From assembly GCA_035283305.1 (NCBI GenBank), contig DATEUE010000296.1, positions 1 to 43,056 of the forward strand: 43,056 nt of DNA, in the 5' to 3' direction. Source of the DNA: Vicinamibacteria bacterium (lineage in GTDB: Bacteria > Acidobacteriota > Vicinamibacteria > Fen-336). Shown here in pieces: positions 28,004 to 36,470 of this stretch. The translations under genes were made by a program, and so were the position numbers. Position 1 is the stretch's first letter. Each line of letters opens with the position of its first letter. Below the pieces are notes generated by a model. The model saw nothing but the letters and a program-made list of their open reading frames with translations. It was not told where the DNA came from and did no database searches.

Positions 28004-30688
28004 GTGAAGCGCTGGGTGGGCCAGTTCAGAGAGCTCTGGACGCGCGAGCGTCGCGAAGCCGACCTCGAGCGCGAGCTGCGCTCGCACTTGGAGGCTGAGG
28101 TCGAAGAGCAGCTAGAGGCCGGCACGCCTCCCGAAGAGGCCCACTACACCGCGCGGCGTGCCTTAGGCAACGTAACGCTGACCCAGGAGGACACCCGCGC
28201 CACCTGGGGCTGGCCGACGCTCGAAACCCTGATTCAGGATCTCCGCCTCGGATTCCGCCTGCTCAGGCGAGACCGGGCGTTCGCCGTCTTCAGCGTCCTC
28301 TCGTTGGCCCTTGGAGTCGGCGCCACGAGCGCCGTCTTCTCGCTCTTCGATGCGATCGTGCTGCGCCAGCTTCCGGTGCGCGAGCCGGAGCGGCTGGTCG
28401 TCTTGTCGTTCACGCTGCCAGGCCAGTCGCCCAACTCGAACCTTCCCTATCCACACTTCGAGCGAATGCGCAGCGAGGCGCGAACGTTGGACGGCCTGTT
28501 CGCCTGGACTACCGTCCCGCGCATCAGCGTGGGATTCGAGGGACGAACAGAGCTCGCCGCCGCGGTGGGTGTCACTGGCGAGTATCACAGGGCGTTGGGA
28601 CTCCGGCCCGCACTCGGGCGATTGCTCACGCCTGAAGACGACCGTTCAGGGCACGCCGCGGTCGCGGTGATCAGCCACGGCTACTGGCGACGCCGCTTTG
28701 GCGGGAGCGCCTCCGTTCTCGGGCACGGCATCACGATCAACCAAGTTCCCTTCATGCTGGTCGGGGTGGAGCCGGCCGGCTTCCGAGGCGTCACGGTCGG
28801 CTCATCGGTCGACGTGACGTTCCCGATTCGAGCTCGGGACCTGCTCAGCGAACACCCGGCGTCCTGGGACGAGCCCTTTGCGACATGGATCGAGGTGATG
28901 GGCCGCCTCAAGGCCGAGGTGTCTGTCCAGGAAGCGGAACGGGATCTGAACCTGACCTTCCGGCGCGTGAACGCCGACGCGGCACAGTCCGTACCGACGA
29001 ACTCCTTTGCGGCGCGGGTCGCGCGCGAGGCGAACCTCAGGCTCGAGTCGGGCTCGACGGGCGGTTTCAGCAACCTGCGCCATGGTTACGAGAGTTGGCT
29101 CCGTCTCTTGCTCGCGATGCTCGGTGTCGTGCTCGTCCTTGCGTGTCTGAACGTGGCCACCCTGCTGCTCTCGCGATCGGAGACGCGCCGCCAGGAGATC
29201 GCGACACGCTTGGCTCTGGGCGCGGGTCGCTGGCGCATCGTGAGGCAGCTCGTCACCGAGGCGGGACTGATCGCTGCATTTGGCGGCGCGCTCGGCGTTG
29301 TGCTGGCCTGGTGGGGCAGCCGGACCCTTCTGGGCCTGGCGACGCCCAACTCCGTGCCGCTCCCCCTCGATCTCGGGCCCTCGCTCAGCGTGATCGGTTT
29401 CACGGCGGCGGTCTCGGGCCTGAGCTGCCTGGTCGTCGGAGTCCTGCCCGCGCTACGGTCGACGGCCCTGGGGCCGGGGCGAGCAACGCGCGAGATCGGT
29501 AGCTGGAAACGGCGGCTCGTCGACCGCGTGCTCGTCGGTTCCCAGGTGGCGCTCTCAATGGTGCTGCTCGTCTTCGCCGGACTGTTCGTCCGCAGCCTCC
29601 AGAACCTCTGGAAGGTCGATACCGGCTACGACCGGAGCAACGTGCTCATGTTCTCTGTCGATGCCCACCTCGCGGGCAAACGAGGGAGGGACATCCCAGG
29701 AACGTATCGGCGGCTACTGGATCAGCTGGCCGGCTTGCCCGGTGCGCGGGCGGCGAGTGTCTCGTCCGTCAGGCCCGTCACCGACAGCTACTACTTCATC
29801 AGCACGGTCACGAGTGTCGGAAAGAAGACACTGCCGGACGATCGACCGTTACGCATCGCATTCAACAACGTCAGTCCCGGCTACTTCGCCACGCTCGGCA
29901 TCCTTCTCGTCAGGGGCCGCGACTTCGACCGTCGAGACGACGGCAACTCACCGCCAGTCGTCATCGTCAGTGAGAAGTTGGCCCGCCACTTCGACGGGAA
30001 CGCGGTCGGTCAGAGGATGCGACTGGGCAGGAACGAGTTGCGCGAGGTCGTGGGAGTCGCGAAGGACTCTCGCTACGCCAACATCAAGAACGCGCCCCGC
30101 GAGGTCGCTTACCTGCCGATGTTCCAGGCCAGGCCGGAAGGCATGGACTACTCGCCCACGTTCGAGGTCCGCTTCTCGGGCCCGCTGCCAGAGCTCCTGG
30201 ATCGCGTGGGGGAGGCCGTAGGCCAAGTCGAGCCACAACTGACACCGTTTCGGGTGAAGACGCTCGAGGTCCAGACCCAAGAGTCGCTCTCACGGGAACG
30301 GCTGCTGGCGCTCCTCGCCAGCTACTTTGGCGGCTTTGCGCTGCTGCTCGCTTGCATCGGGCTCTACGGCCTGATGACCGACGCGGTGAGGCAACGGACT
30401 CCGGAGCTGGGCCTGCGCATGGCACTCGGAGCGCCTCCCTCGAACATTCGTTGGACCGTGATGCGAGACAGCTCGCTGACGGTGGCGATCGGTGCGCTTG
30501 CGGGGGTCCTTGGCTCGCTTGCGGGGGTCCGCCTTGTAGAGAGCCAGCTTCACGGTCTAGACCCGGCCAACCCGCTTGTCCTCACTGCTGCCACGGCCTT
30601 GTTGCTCGCACTGGCGTCCGCCGCCGCGTACGTGCCCGCTCATCGCGCTGCCCGAATCGACCCGATGACGGCTCTGCGCCAGGAGTAG
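28004..30688 (+). CDS. ADOP-type duplicated FtsX/MacB-like ABC permease (orphan permease)
   Basis: Characteristic N-terminal helix (FRELWTRERREADLERELRSHLE...). Two FtsX 4-TM modules, each preceded by a large periplasmic domain. Sits 15 nt after padR. This pairing is typical of Acidobacteria as I recall it. Confidence 0.85.
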   Translation: MKRWVGQFRELWTRERREADLERELRSHLEAEVEEQLEAGTPPEEAHYTARRALGNVTLTQEDTRATWGWPTLETLIQDLRLGFRLLRRDRAFAVFSVLSLALGVGATSAVFSLFDAIVLRQLPVREPERLVVLSFTLPGQSPNSNLPYPHFERMRSEARTLDGLFAWTTVPRISVGFEGRTELAAAVGVTGEYHRALGLRPALGRLLTPEDDRSGHAAVAVISHGYWRRRFGGSASVLGHGITINQVPFMLVGVEPAGFRGVTVGSSVDVTFPIRARDLLSEHPASWDEPFATWIEVMGRLKAEVSVQEAERDLNLTFRRVNADAAQSVPTNSFAARVAREANLRLESGSTGGFSNLRHGYESWLRLLLAMLGVVLVLACLNVATLLLSRSETRRQEIATRLALGAGRWRIVRQLVTEAGLIAAFGGALGVVLAWWGSRTLLGLATPNSVPLPLDLGPSLSVIGFTAAVSGLSCLVVGVLPALRSTALGPGRATREIGSWKRRLVDRVLVGSQVALSMVLLVFAGLFVRSLQNLWKVDTGYDRSNVLMFSVDAHLAGKRGRDIPGTYRRLLDQLAGLPGARAASVSSVRPVTDSYYFISTVTSVGKKTLPDDRPLRIAFNNVSPGYFATLGILLVRGRDFDRRDDGNSPPVVIVSEKLARHFDGNAVGQRMRLGRNELREVVGVAKDSRYANIKNAPREVAYLPMFQARPEGMDYSPTFEVRFSGPLPELLDRVGEAVGQVEPQLTPFRVKTLEVQTQESLSRERLLALLASYFGGFALLLACIGLYGLMTDAVRQRTPELGLRMALGAPPSNIRWTVMRDSSLTVAIGALAGVLGSLAGVRLVESQLHGLDPANPLVLTAATALLLALASAAAYVPAHRAARIDPMTALRQE

Positions 30689-30731
30689 AAGGTAGCGTTC
30701 GCGAGGAAGCCGCAACTCTCGCGGTGTGGGG

Positions 30732-31403
30732 CTACTTCAGCGGACCCCAGACAAGAGGTCCTTGGCGGGCGTGCCGCTCGCGGAAGCGCCGCACCTTCGA
30801 GACGTTGCCGCAGTCCTCCATGGTGCACCACTGGCGGCTGTGGTTGCGGCTCCGGTCCAGGAACAGCCAGCCGCAGTCGTCACCACCACATTGGCGCAGG
30901 CGTGCCCGCTCTGGGGAGGTCAGCAGCGCAGCCGCGGCGCGGGCCACGGGCCAGAGGGGCGAGTCCAGTCGTCGGGCCGCGTCGCGCCACTCCCAAGCCA
31001 GTCCCTCGTGTCGCGCCACCAGCAGCTCGCGGCTGCGGCAGGCGGCGAGCTCGACGTTGAGCAGGGCCAGGTCGGCGGGCGCCGGAGCGCGGTCGCGCAT
31101 CAGCGCCCGCAACGCGCGGTAGAGCGCCTCCCGGAAGGCCAGCGCCCGGGCGAGCGCCGGGTTCGCCTCGCGGGGGCGCGCGGCGGCGCATCGCAGCAGG
31201 CCGCGGCCCGCGCTCTCGCCGACGAGGCCCGCGTGGACGCTCCACGCCACGAGGTCGGGGTAGGACGCGAGCTTGTCGGCCCGGACGCGCGCCCGCGCGC
31301 CGTCCGCGAGCGGCACCCGCCCCCCGACCGTGTTGACGAAGTCGAGGCAGGGATCCCCTCCGACGAGCTTCATCGTTCCCGCGGGGGAGGCGAATGTAGC
31401 CAT
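30732..31403 (-). CDS. CGNR zinc-finger / ABATE domain protein (putative stress-induced transcriptional regulator)
   Basis: C-terminal CGGDDCGWLFLDRSRNHSRQWCTMEDCGN and N-terminal LDFVNTV. Start set to the ATG at 31403, which has GGGAG 7 nt upstream; the longest ORF starts at 31415. Confidence 0.8.
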   Translation of the reverse strand: MATFASPAGTMKLVGGDPCLDFVNTVGGRVPLADGARARVRADKLASYPDLVAWSVHAGLVGESAGRGLLRCAAARPREANPALARALAFREALYRALRALMRDRAPAPADLALLNVELAACRSRELLVARHEGLAWEWRDAARRLDSPLWPVARAAAALLTSPERARLRQCGGDDCGWLFLDRSRNHSRQWCTMEDCGNVSKVRRFRERHARQGPLVWGPLK

Positions 31404-31416
31404 GCGTGCTCCCATG

Positions 31417-31493
31417 GTAACCCACGAAACAGCCTTGACAGGTTACCAGGCGCACGTTAGCTTGTAACTATCTAAGACTAGTTAGGTAGTTAC
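31417..31493. promoter_or_regulatory. Two copies of GTAAC-N20-GTTAC inverted repeat (candidate operators) flanking/overlapping a TTGACA-17nt-TAGCTT promoter
   Basis: GTAAC at 31417-31421 pairs with GTTAC at 31442-31446. GTAAC at 31464-31468 pairs with GTTAC at 31489-31493. The second is part of a 30-nt near-perfect AT-rich palindrome GTAACTAtCTAAgactagTTAGgTAGTTAC. TTGACA at 31435-31440 and TAGCTT at 31458-31463. Confidence 0.5.
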
Positions 31494-31515
31494 AGAAAGC
31501 AACGGAGGTCGGGCC

Positions 31516-32310
31516 ATGATCGCGAGAAGCTGGGACGGCCTCACGCAGGCCGAGCAGGCGGACGCGTACGCGGACTACGTCCAGCGCACCGGGGTCGAGG
31601 AGCTGGCGGCTACGGCCGGCAACCGGGGCGTCTACGTGCTCCGGCGCAGGGAAGGGGACGTGGCGCGCTTTCGCGTCCTGTCGCTGTGGGATTCGATGGA
31701 CGGGATACGTCGCTTCGCCGGCGACGATCCGGAGCGGGCCCGCTACTACCCGGAGGACCAGCGCTTCCTCAAGACGCTCGACCCGCACGTCACGCACTTC
31801 GAAGTGGTGGCGCAGGTCGGGCCGCACTCGGGCGGCGCGGAGGCCAAGGAGCTGGCCCGAGAGCTCGAGACGCTGGCCGAAGGCGACAACTGGCACGGGC
31901 CAACACTGCGCGAGCTGCTGGCCGGCGTATCGGCGGAAGCCGCCGCGTCGCGTCCTTTCCCCGGGACCCACACTATCTGGGAGCTGGTCCTCCACGTGAC
32001 CGCGTGGACCGACGTGTTCCGGCGCCGGCTGGAGGGAACGGCGATCGAGGAGCCGGAAGTGGGGGACTTCCCAGCAACTCCGCAGCCCACGCCACACGCC
32101 TGGGCGGAGGCGACGCAGGCGCTGTTCGCGGTGCACGGAGCGCTCGCGTCGCGCGTCGCTCGTCTCTCCGCTGCGGAGCTCGCCGCACCGATCCCGGGGC
32201 GGCCGTTCGACGGGCAGTTCCAAATACGCGCGGCGATCCGCCACACGGTCTACCACAGCGGCCAGATCGGCCTGCTGCGAAAGGCTAGCGCCGGTGGCGC
32301 AGGGTCGTGA
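31516..32310 (+). CDS. Fusion protein: ABM-like dimeric alpha/beta-barrel domain + DinB-family (four-helix, metal-binding) domain
   Basis: GGAGG RBS 7 nt upstream. The N-terminal roughly 100 aa resemble ABM-type proteins (WDS..GIRRFAGDDPE.A.YYPED). The C-terminal DinB_2-like region has WHGPTL, HTIWELVLH and HTVYHSGQI. Confidence 0.7.
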   Translation: MIARSWDGLTQAEQADAYADYVQRTGVEELAATAGNRGVYVLRRREGDVARFRVLSLWDSMDGIRRFAGDDPERARYYPEDQRFLKTLDPHVTHFEVVAQVGPHSGGAEAKELARELETLAEGDNWHGPTLRELLAGVSAEAAASRPFPGTHTIWELVLHVTAWTDVFRRRLEGTAIEEPEVGDFPATPQPTPHAWAEATQALFAVHGALASRVARLSAAELAAPIPGRPFDGQFQIRAAIRHTVYHSGQIGLLRKASAGGAGS

Positions 32311-33133
32311 GCGTCTCCTTGGCCATCTGAGCCATCGGGCTCTGGGGGAACTGGCGCACGATCACCTCGAAGGTGGCGACGCCCTCCTCGTGGCGGCCCG
32401 ACGATACGTAGGTGCGGCCCAGCACGAACAGGAGCCGCGGCTGCTCCTCGGGATCGGGCCCGAGCAAGAGCGCCTCCTTCACCAAGCGCTCGGCCTCGGC
32501 GAAGTCGCGGGTCACGTGTGCCAGGATCGCGAGCAGCATGCGCGCCTCGCGTCGCCCACCGACGCCCGCGTCCGAGTCGTGGGCCACGGCGGTGCGCAGC
32601 AGGGCCTGCGCCTCCTCGAAGTACTCCTGCTCGTAGAGATGCCGGCCGAGGCCGAGAGCGGCGGCCGCGTCGTCGGCGTCGGCCTCGAGTGCCGTTTCCC
32701 AGGCGATCACTCGGCCCGCCACGTGGCGCGCGGCGTCGAGGGTGCGCGGGAACTGACCCGGGCCCTGGTAGCCGTTCACGCGGAAGAGCTGTCGGCCCTG
32801 GGGCGAGAGGAACAGGATCGTGGGCAGCGACCGCACCCCGTACTTGGCACTGACCTGCAGCTCGCGCCGCGAGCCCTCCGTGTTCACCTTGACCGCGACG
32901 AACTCCTGCGCGCGCCGGACCACCGCGGGATCGGCGTAGGTGGTCCGGTCGAGGCGGTGGCACCAGCCGCACCACTCGGCCCAGAAGTCCACGACCAGCG
33001 GCTTTCCCGCGCGCTGGGCTTTCTTCAGCGCCTCGTCGAACTTCTTCTCCCAGTGGATCGCCACGAGCGGCGGCGCCGGCGACTCGCCCGGGGCGGTGGC
33101 CAGCAGCAGCGCGAGGGCGAGCGGGGAGGCCAT
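32285..33133 (-). CDS. Secreted thioredoxin-fold protein with C-terminal TPR-like repeats
   Basis: Signal-like N-terminus, KPLVVDFWAEWCGWCHRLD (WCxxC) and a helical repeat C-terminus. Confidence 0.75.
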   Translation of the reverse strand: MASPLALALLLATAPGESPAPPLVAIHWEKKFDEALKKAQRAGKPLVVDFWAEWCGWCHRLDRTTYADPAVVRRAQEFVAVKVNTEGSRRELQVSAKYGVRSLPTILFLSPQGRQLFRVNGYQGPGQFPRTLDAARHVAGRVIAWETALEADADDAAAALGLGRHLYEQEYFEEAQALLRTAVAHDSDAGVGGRREARMLLAILAHVTRDFAEAERLVKEALLLGPDPEEQPRLLFVLGRTYVSSGRHEEGVATFEVIVRQFPQSPMAQMAKETLTTLRHRR

Positions 33134-33137
33134 CGCG

Positions 33138-33866
33138 CTATCGCGACCTCACCAGGGAGGCGGCGTGGCAAGCGGCGGCGTGCGCTTCGAAGAGAGCTTG
33201 GAAGGACGCCGGCTCGTTCCAGAACGACTCTGGGTGCCACTGCACGGCAAGTACGAAGGAGCGGTCCTTCATCTCCACCGCTTCGATCACTCCGTCCGCG
33301 GGGCAGCGGCCGGAAATCGTGAGGCCGTCGCCGAGCCGATCCACCGCCTGGTGGTGAAAGCTGTTCACAGCGAGCGGCCCCGGCCCGAGGATCTCGCCGA
33401 GCTTCGATCCTCCGGCCACCTCGACCGGGTGTGACCGACGAGTCCGCCGACCTGGTGCCGCGTGCGTCACCGCTCCCTCTAATTCTGACGGGATGTCCTG
33501 GACGAGCGTTCCCCCGAGCGCAACGTTTAACACCTGCTGTCCCCGGCAGATGGCGAGGATCGGCAGGTCGCGCCGCAGGGCATGGCGCGTGAGTGCCAGC
33601 TCGAACTCGTCCCGCTCGCGGTCGACGCGCCCAAGCTTCGGATGCCGCGACCGTGCGTAGAGCGCGGGATCCACGTCCACGCCCCCCGAGAGCAGCAGGC
33701 CGTCGAGGCGGTCGAGCAGGGCCTCCGCGTGCTCGGCCTGGAGCGTCGGCAGCACCAGGGGCAGGCCGCCCGAGCGCTCCACCGAGCGGACGTAGTCGGC
33801 GCGCATCGAGTGGTAGCCGGGTCGGTCGCCGTCCCCGAGCGTGATCCCGATGACCGCGCGCGTCAC
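33138..33866 (-). CDS. Class I glutamine amidotransferase, peptidase C26 (gamma-glutamyl-GABA hydrolase-like)
   Basis: ICRGQQVLNVALGG (nucleophile Cys), FHHQAV and VQWHPE. The GTG start overlaps the argS stop (GTGA). Confidence 0.85.
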   Translation of the reverse strand: MTRAVIGITLGDGDRPGYHSMRADYVRSVERSGGLPLVLPTLQAEHAEALLDRLDGLLLSGGVDVDPALYARSRHPKLGRVDRERDEFELALTRHALRRDLPILAICRGQQVLNVALGGTLVQDIPSELEGAVTHAAPGRRTRRSHPVEVAGGSKLGEILGPGPLAVNSFHHQAVDRLGDGLTISGRCPADGVIEAVEMKDRSFVLAVQWHPESFWNEPASFQALFEAHAAACHAASLVRSR

Positions 33867-35821
33867 ATCCGCTCCGGTACCGGGATACCGAGCAGCTCGA
33901 GCAGCACTTCCATCTGACAGACGAACGCGTCGACCACGAGCGTGCGGCAGGCGCGCAGGTCCTCGCTCGCGGCGTGCAGCAGCGAGTGCTGGGGCTTCTG
34001 GTAGTAGGAGTGGAAGGCCTGCGCCACGGCGAAGGCGTGCTTGGCCACGAGCGCCACGTCACAGGCCGCGATCGCCTGCTCGGCGATCTCCTCGCTGCGC
34101 GCCATCAGCAGCAGCAGCGACCAGGCGAGGTCGCCCTCCTCGCCGGTCAGGAACGCGCCGAGGTCGAGCGAGCGCGCACGGGCGACGAGCGCCGCCTTGT
34201 CGTGCCCCTCCGCCTTCAGCTTGCCGAAGATGTTGCGGGCGCGCACCACGGCGTTCTGCAGGTAGGGGCCGGTCTCGCCGGTGAAGGCGAGCGCCTCCTC
34301 CATGTCGAAGGTGATGATGCGCGTGCGCGAGAAGCGCAGCATGAAGTAGCGCAGCGCGCCCACCGCGACCGCCCGCGCCGTGGCCTCGCGCCCCGCGGCG
34401 TCGCGCTCGGGGTCGCGTGCGTCGACCTCCGAGCGGGCCTTGGCCACGAGCGCGTCCAGCAGATCGTCGGCCTTGACGCCGAGCCCCTTGCGCCCGGAGA
34501 CCTTGACGGACGCGTCGTCTTCCTTGACCTCGTAGCCGAGCGCCCTGGCCGTGGCGGGGGAGAGCACGACCTTCTCGTAGGCGAGGTGGTGGGAGCCCTC
34601 CGCACCCTGCTCGTGGCCGAGCGCCTTGACGCCCGCGCGCACTACCCGCTGCGGGTACGACTGGCCGACGTCGATCACGTTGTAGACCGCGCTCGCGTGG
34701 CCGAAGTGCGGCGCGCCGGGCACGCCCTCGCCGCTCGTGGTGGTCCACAGGCGCTGGCCGTCCGGCGCCACTGTGTGCACGCGGTAGCGGAAGTCGCGGT
34801 CGAGCTTGCCCAGCTTCCAGAGCTGGTAGGCGATGTCCTTGCCGGTGTAGGTGACCGTGCCGTTCGAGCGGACGATGATCTTGTCTTCGTCGATCGCCTC
34901 GGCCTCGCCCTCGGCCATCGGCAGCACCCAGCAGCCCTGGTTCTTGCCCTCGGTCTCCAGGCGGACGGCACCCTTCTCGCGCAGGAGCTCGAACGCGCGA
35001 TCCCAGAAGTGAAGCCTCAGGATGTCGCTCTCGTGCGCCAGCAGCTCGTAGCGGATCCCGAGCCGCGCCATGGTCGCGAGGTGGCAGTCCACGATGCGGC
35101 GCGCCACGTGCTCCGCGAGCCGTGCGGTCTCGTTGCCGCCCGCCTCGACCGCGTGCAGCACCTCGGCCTGCAGCGCCTTGTTCTCCGGCCGCGCGGCGTA
35201 GAACTCGCCCACGCGCGCGTAGAGGTCCCAGCAGTAGTAGTCGAACTTGCCCGGGATGCGCTCGACGTCGGCGAGCGTCTTCTTCTCGAGGTGCAGGAAG
35301 CCCACCACCACGTCGGCCACCTGCACGCCGGTGTCGTCGATGTAGTTCTGGATCCCGACGTCGAAGCCGCGGTGGCGCAGCAGCCGCACGAAGGTGTCGC
35401 CGAGGCAGGCGTTGCGCAGGTGGCCGACGTGGGCGGCCTTGTTCGGGTTGATGCTGGTGTGCTCGACGATCACGTGCCCCGGACGCCGCGCGGCCGGGGA
35501 CGGCTCGGCGAGCGAGCGGTGCAGCCCCGCGGCGAAGCTGCCGCGGTGCAGGAACAGGTTCAAGTAGCCTCCGCCAGCCACCTCGGCGCGCCGGACGTCG
35601 CTCGAGGCCGTGAGCTCTCCGGCGAGCCGCTCGGCGATCTCGCGCGGCTTGCGCCGCAGCGTCTTGGCCAGGTCGAATGGCGCCGTCAGGGCCAGGTCGC
35701 CGAGCTCGACCCGGGGCGGATACTGGAAGGAAACGGCGCCCGGATCGATGTCGAAAGCGGCCCGCGCGGCCTGCTTTACCGCCCCCGAGAGGCGCTGTTG
35801 GAGATCCAGGATCACAGCCAT
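33863..35821 (-). CDS. argS: Arginine--tRNA ligase
   Basis: Class I HIGH-region SINPNKAAHVGHLRN, an ArgRS N-terminal additional domain and a DALR-type C-terminus. ATG at 35821; a TTG one codon upstream at 35824. Confidence 0.9.
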   Translation of the reverse strand: MAVILDLQQRLSGAVKQAARAAFDIDPGAVSFQYPPRVELGDLALTAPFDLAKTLRRKPREIAERLAGELTASSDVRRAEVAGGGYLNLFLHRGSFAAGLHRSLAEPSPAARRPGHVIVEHTSINPNKAAHVGHLRNACLGDTFVRLLRHRGFDVGIQNYIDDTGVQVADVVVGFLHLEKKTLADVERIPGKFDYYCWDLYARVGEFYAARPENKALQAEVLHAVEAGGNETARLAEHVARRIVDCHLATMARLGIRYELLAHESDILRLHFWDRAFELLREKGAVRLETEGKNQGCWVLPMAEGEAEAIDEDKIIVRSNGTVTYTGKDIAYQLWKLGKLDRDFRYRVHTVAPDGQRLWTTTSGEGVPGAPHFGHASAVYNVIDVGQSYPQRVVRAGVKALGHEQGAEGSHHLAYEKVVLSPATARALGYEVKEDDASVKVSGRKGLGVKADDLLDALVAKARSEVDARDPERDAAGREATARAVAVGALRYFMLRFSRTRIITFDMEEALAFTGETGPYLQNAVVRARNIFGKLKAEGHDKAALVARARSLDLGAFLTGEEGDLAWSLLLLMARSEEIAEQAIAACDVALVAKHAFAVAQAFHSYYQKPQHSLLHAASEDLRACRTLVVDAFVCQMEVLLELLGIPVPERM

Positions 35822-35923
35822 CAATCTTACAGTGCGTGCCCTGGGGCTTACCGGCCTTCACGTCTTTTGACCGACAGCATGAAGCGCGCGATCAGGGACG
35901 CGTCGCGGGGCACGCCTCCGTCG

Positions 35924-36016
35924 TCCATCAGGGTGAGGACTGGGGGCGCAACGAGGCTTACGGCCTGTTTCTGGCTTTCCTTGTCCTGGGGGGTGCGGAG
36001 CACCCCCAGACCCCCC
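35924..36016 (+). repeat. Long-form G6/C6 hairpin element, copy B (paired with 10959-11050)
   Basis: TCCATCAGGGTGAGGACTGGGGGCGCAACGAGGCTTACGGCCTGTTTCTGGCTTTCCTTGTCCTGGGGGGTGCGGAGCACCCCCAGACCCCCC. Hairpin 1 at 35929-35967, hairpin 2 at 35986-36009. Lies in a divergent intergenic region, 22 nt before the ATG at 36039. Confidence 0.8.
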
Positions 36017-36038
36017 GTTCCGGTTGTTATCATCAGGC

Positions 36039-36470
36039 ATGGTGCGGATCGGATGGCTTCTGGCCCTTCTGGCGCTCGCTCCGGCGGCGCGGCACTTCGA
36101 CGTGATCGGGGAGTTCGAGCCGGCGAAGAAAGCCGGCGGTGAGGGAGCGATCGCGGTGACGTTTCGGGCGCTCGACCCGGACGTGAAGGTCAACGAGACA
36201 CCCGCGCCCAGGCTCAAGCTCGACCTGGCGCAGACGCTGCTCGAGGACCGCCAGCCGCAGGCGCCGCAGCAGGTGCCCGACTTCGATCCGGCGACGGCTC
36301 GCTATCTCGACACGAGCCAGCCGGTGCGTTTCCCTGTGGCGCTGTCCAAGGCCGCGACGAGTGGCCAGCACGAGGTGAAGGCGAACGTCGTCTACTTCTA
36401 CTGCTCGACGCGTGAAGCCTGGTGCCGGCGCGGCAGCGTCGAGATCCTGATTCCGGTGACGGTGCGCTGA
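36039..36470 (+). CDS. Hypothetical secreted protein (possibly DsbD-N-terminal-like fold)
   Basis: Signal-like MVRIGWLLALLALAPAA. The C-terminal YFYCSTREAWCRRGSVEILIPVTV resembles the Cys pair of DsbD alpha-like domains (weak recall). High GC3. Confidence 0.55.
   Translation: MVRIGWLLALLALAPAARHFDVIGEFEPAKKAGGEGAIAVTFRALDPDVKVNETPAPRLKLDLAQTLLEDRQPQAPQQVPDFDPATARYLDTSQPVRFPVALSKAATSGQHEVKANVVYFYCSTREAWCRRGSVEILIPVTVR

Noticed and set aside
30700-30723. CGCGAG-N12-CTCGCG hairpin in the ADOP/CGNR convergent gap, considered as a bidirectional terminator.
   Set aside because: Only a 6-bp stem with a 12-nt loop and no U-tract. Not distinguishable from chance in GC-rich DNA.
35924-36016. Cobalamin or other known riboswitch upstream of the TonB-dependent receptor.
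   Set aside because: No B12 box (GCCACTG-like) and none of the multi-helix architecture I associate with cobalamin, TPP, NiCo or Mn riboswitches. The element also shares its 3' hairpin with copies that are clearly not in 5' UTRs.
35879-36142. ATG-initiated ORF (MKRAIRDASRGTPPSS...) reading through repeat copy B into the next gene.
   Set aside because: GC3 decays after about 17 codons. The repeat copies are read in different frames at different loci (carB versus A/B), so the conservation is at nucleotide or structure level, not protein level.
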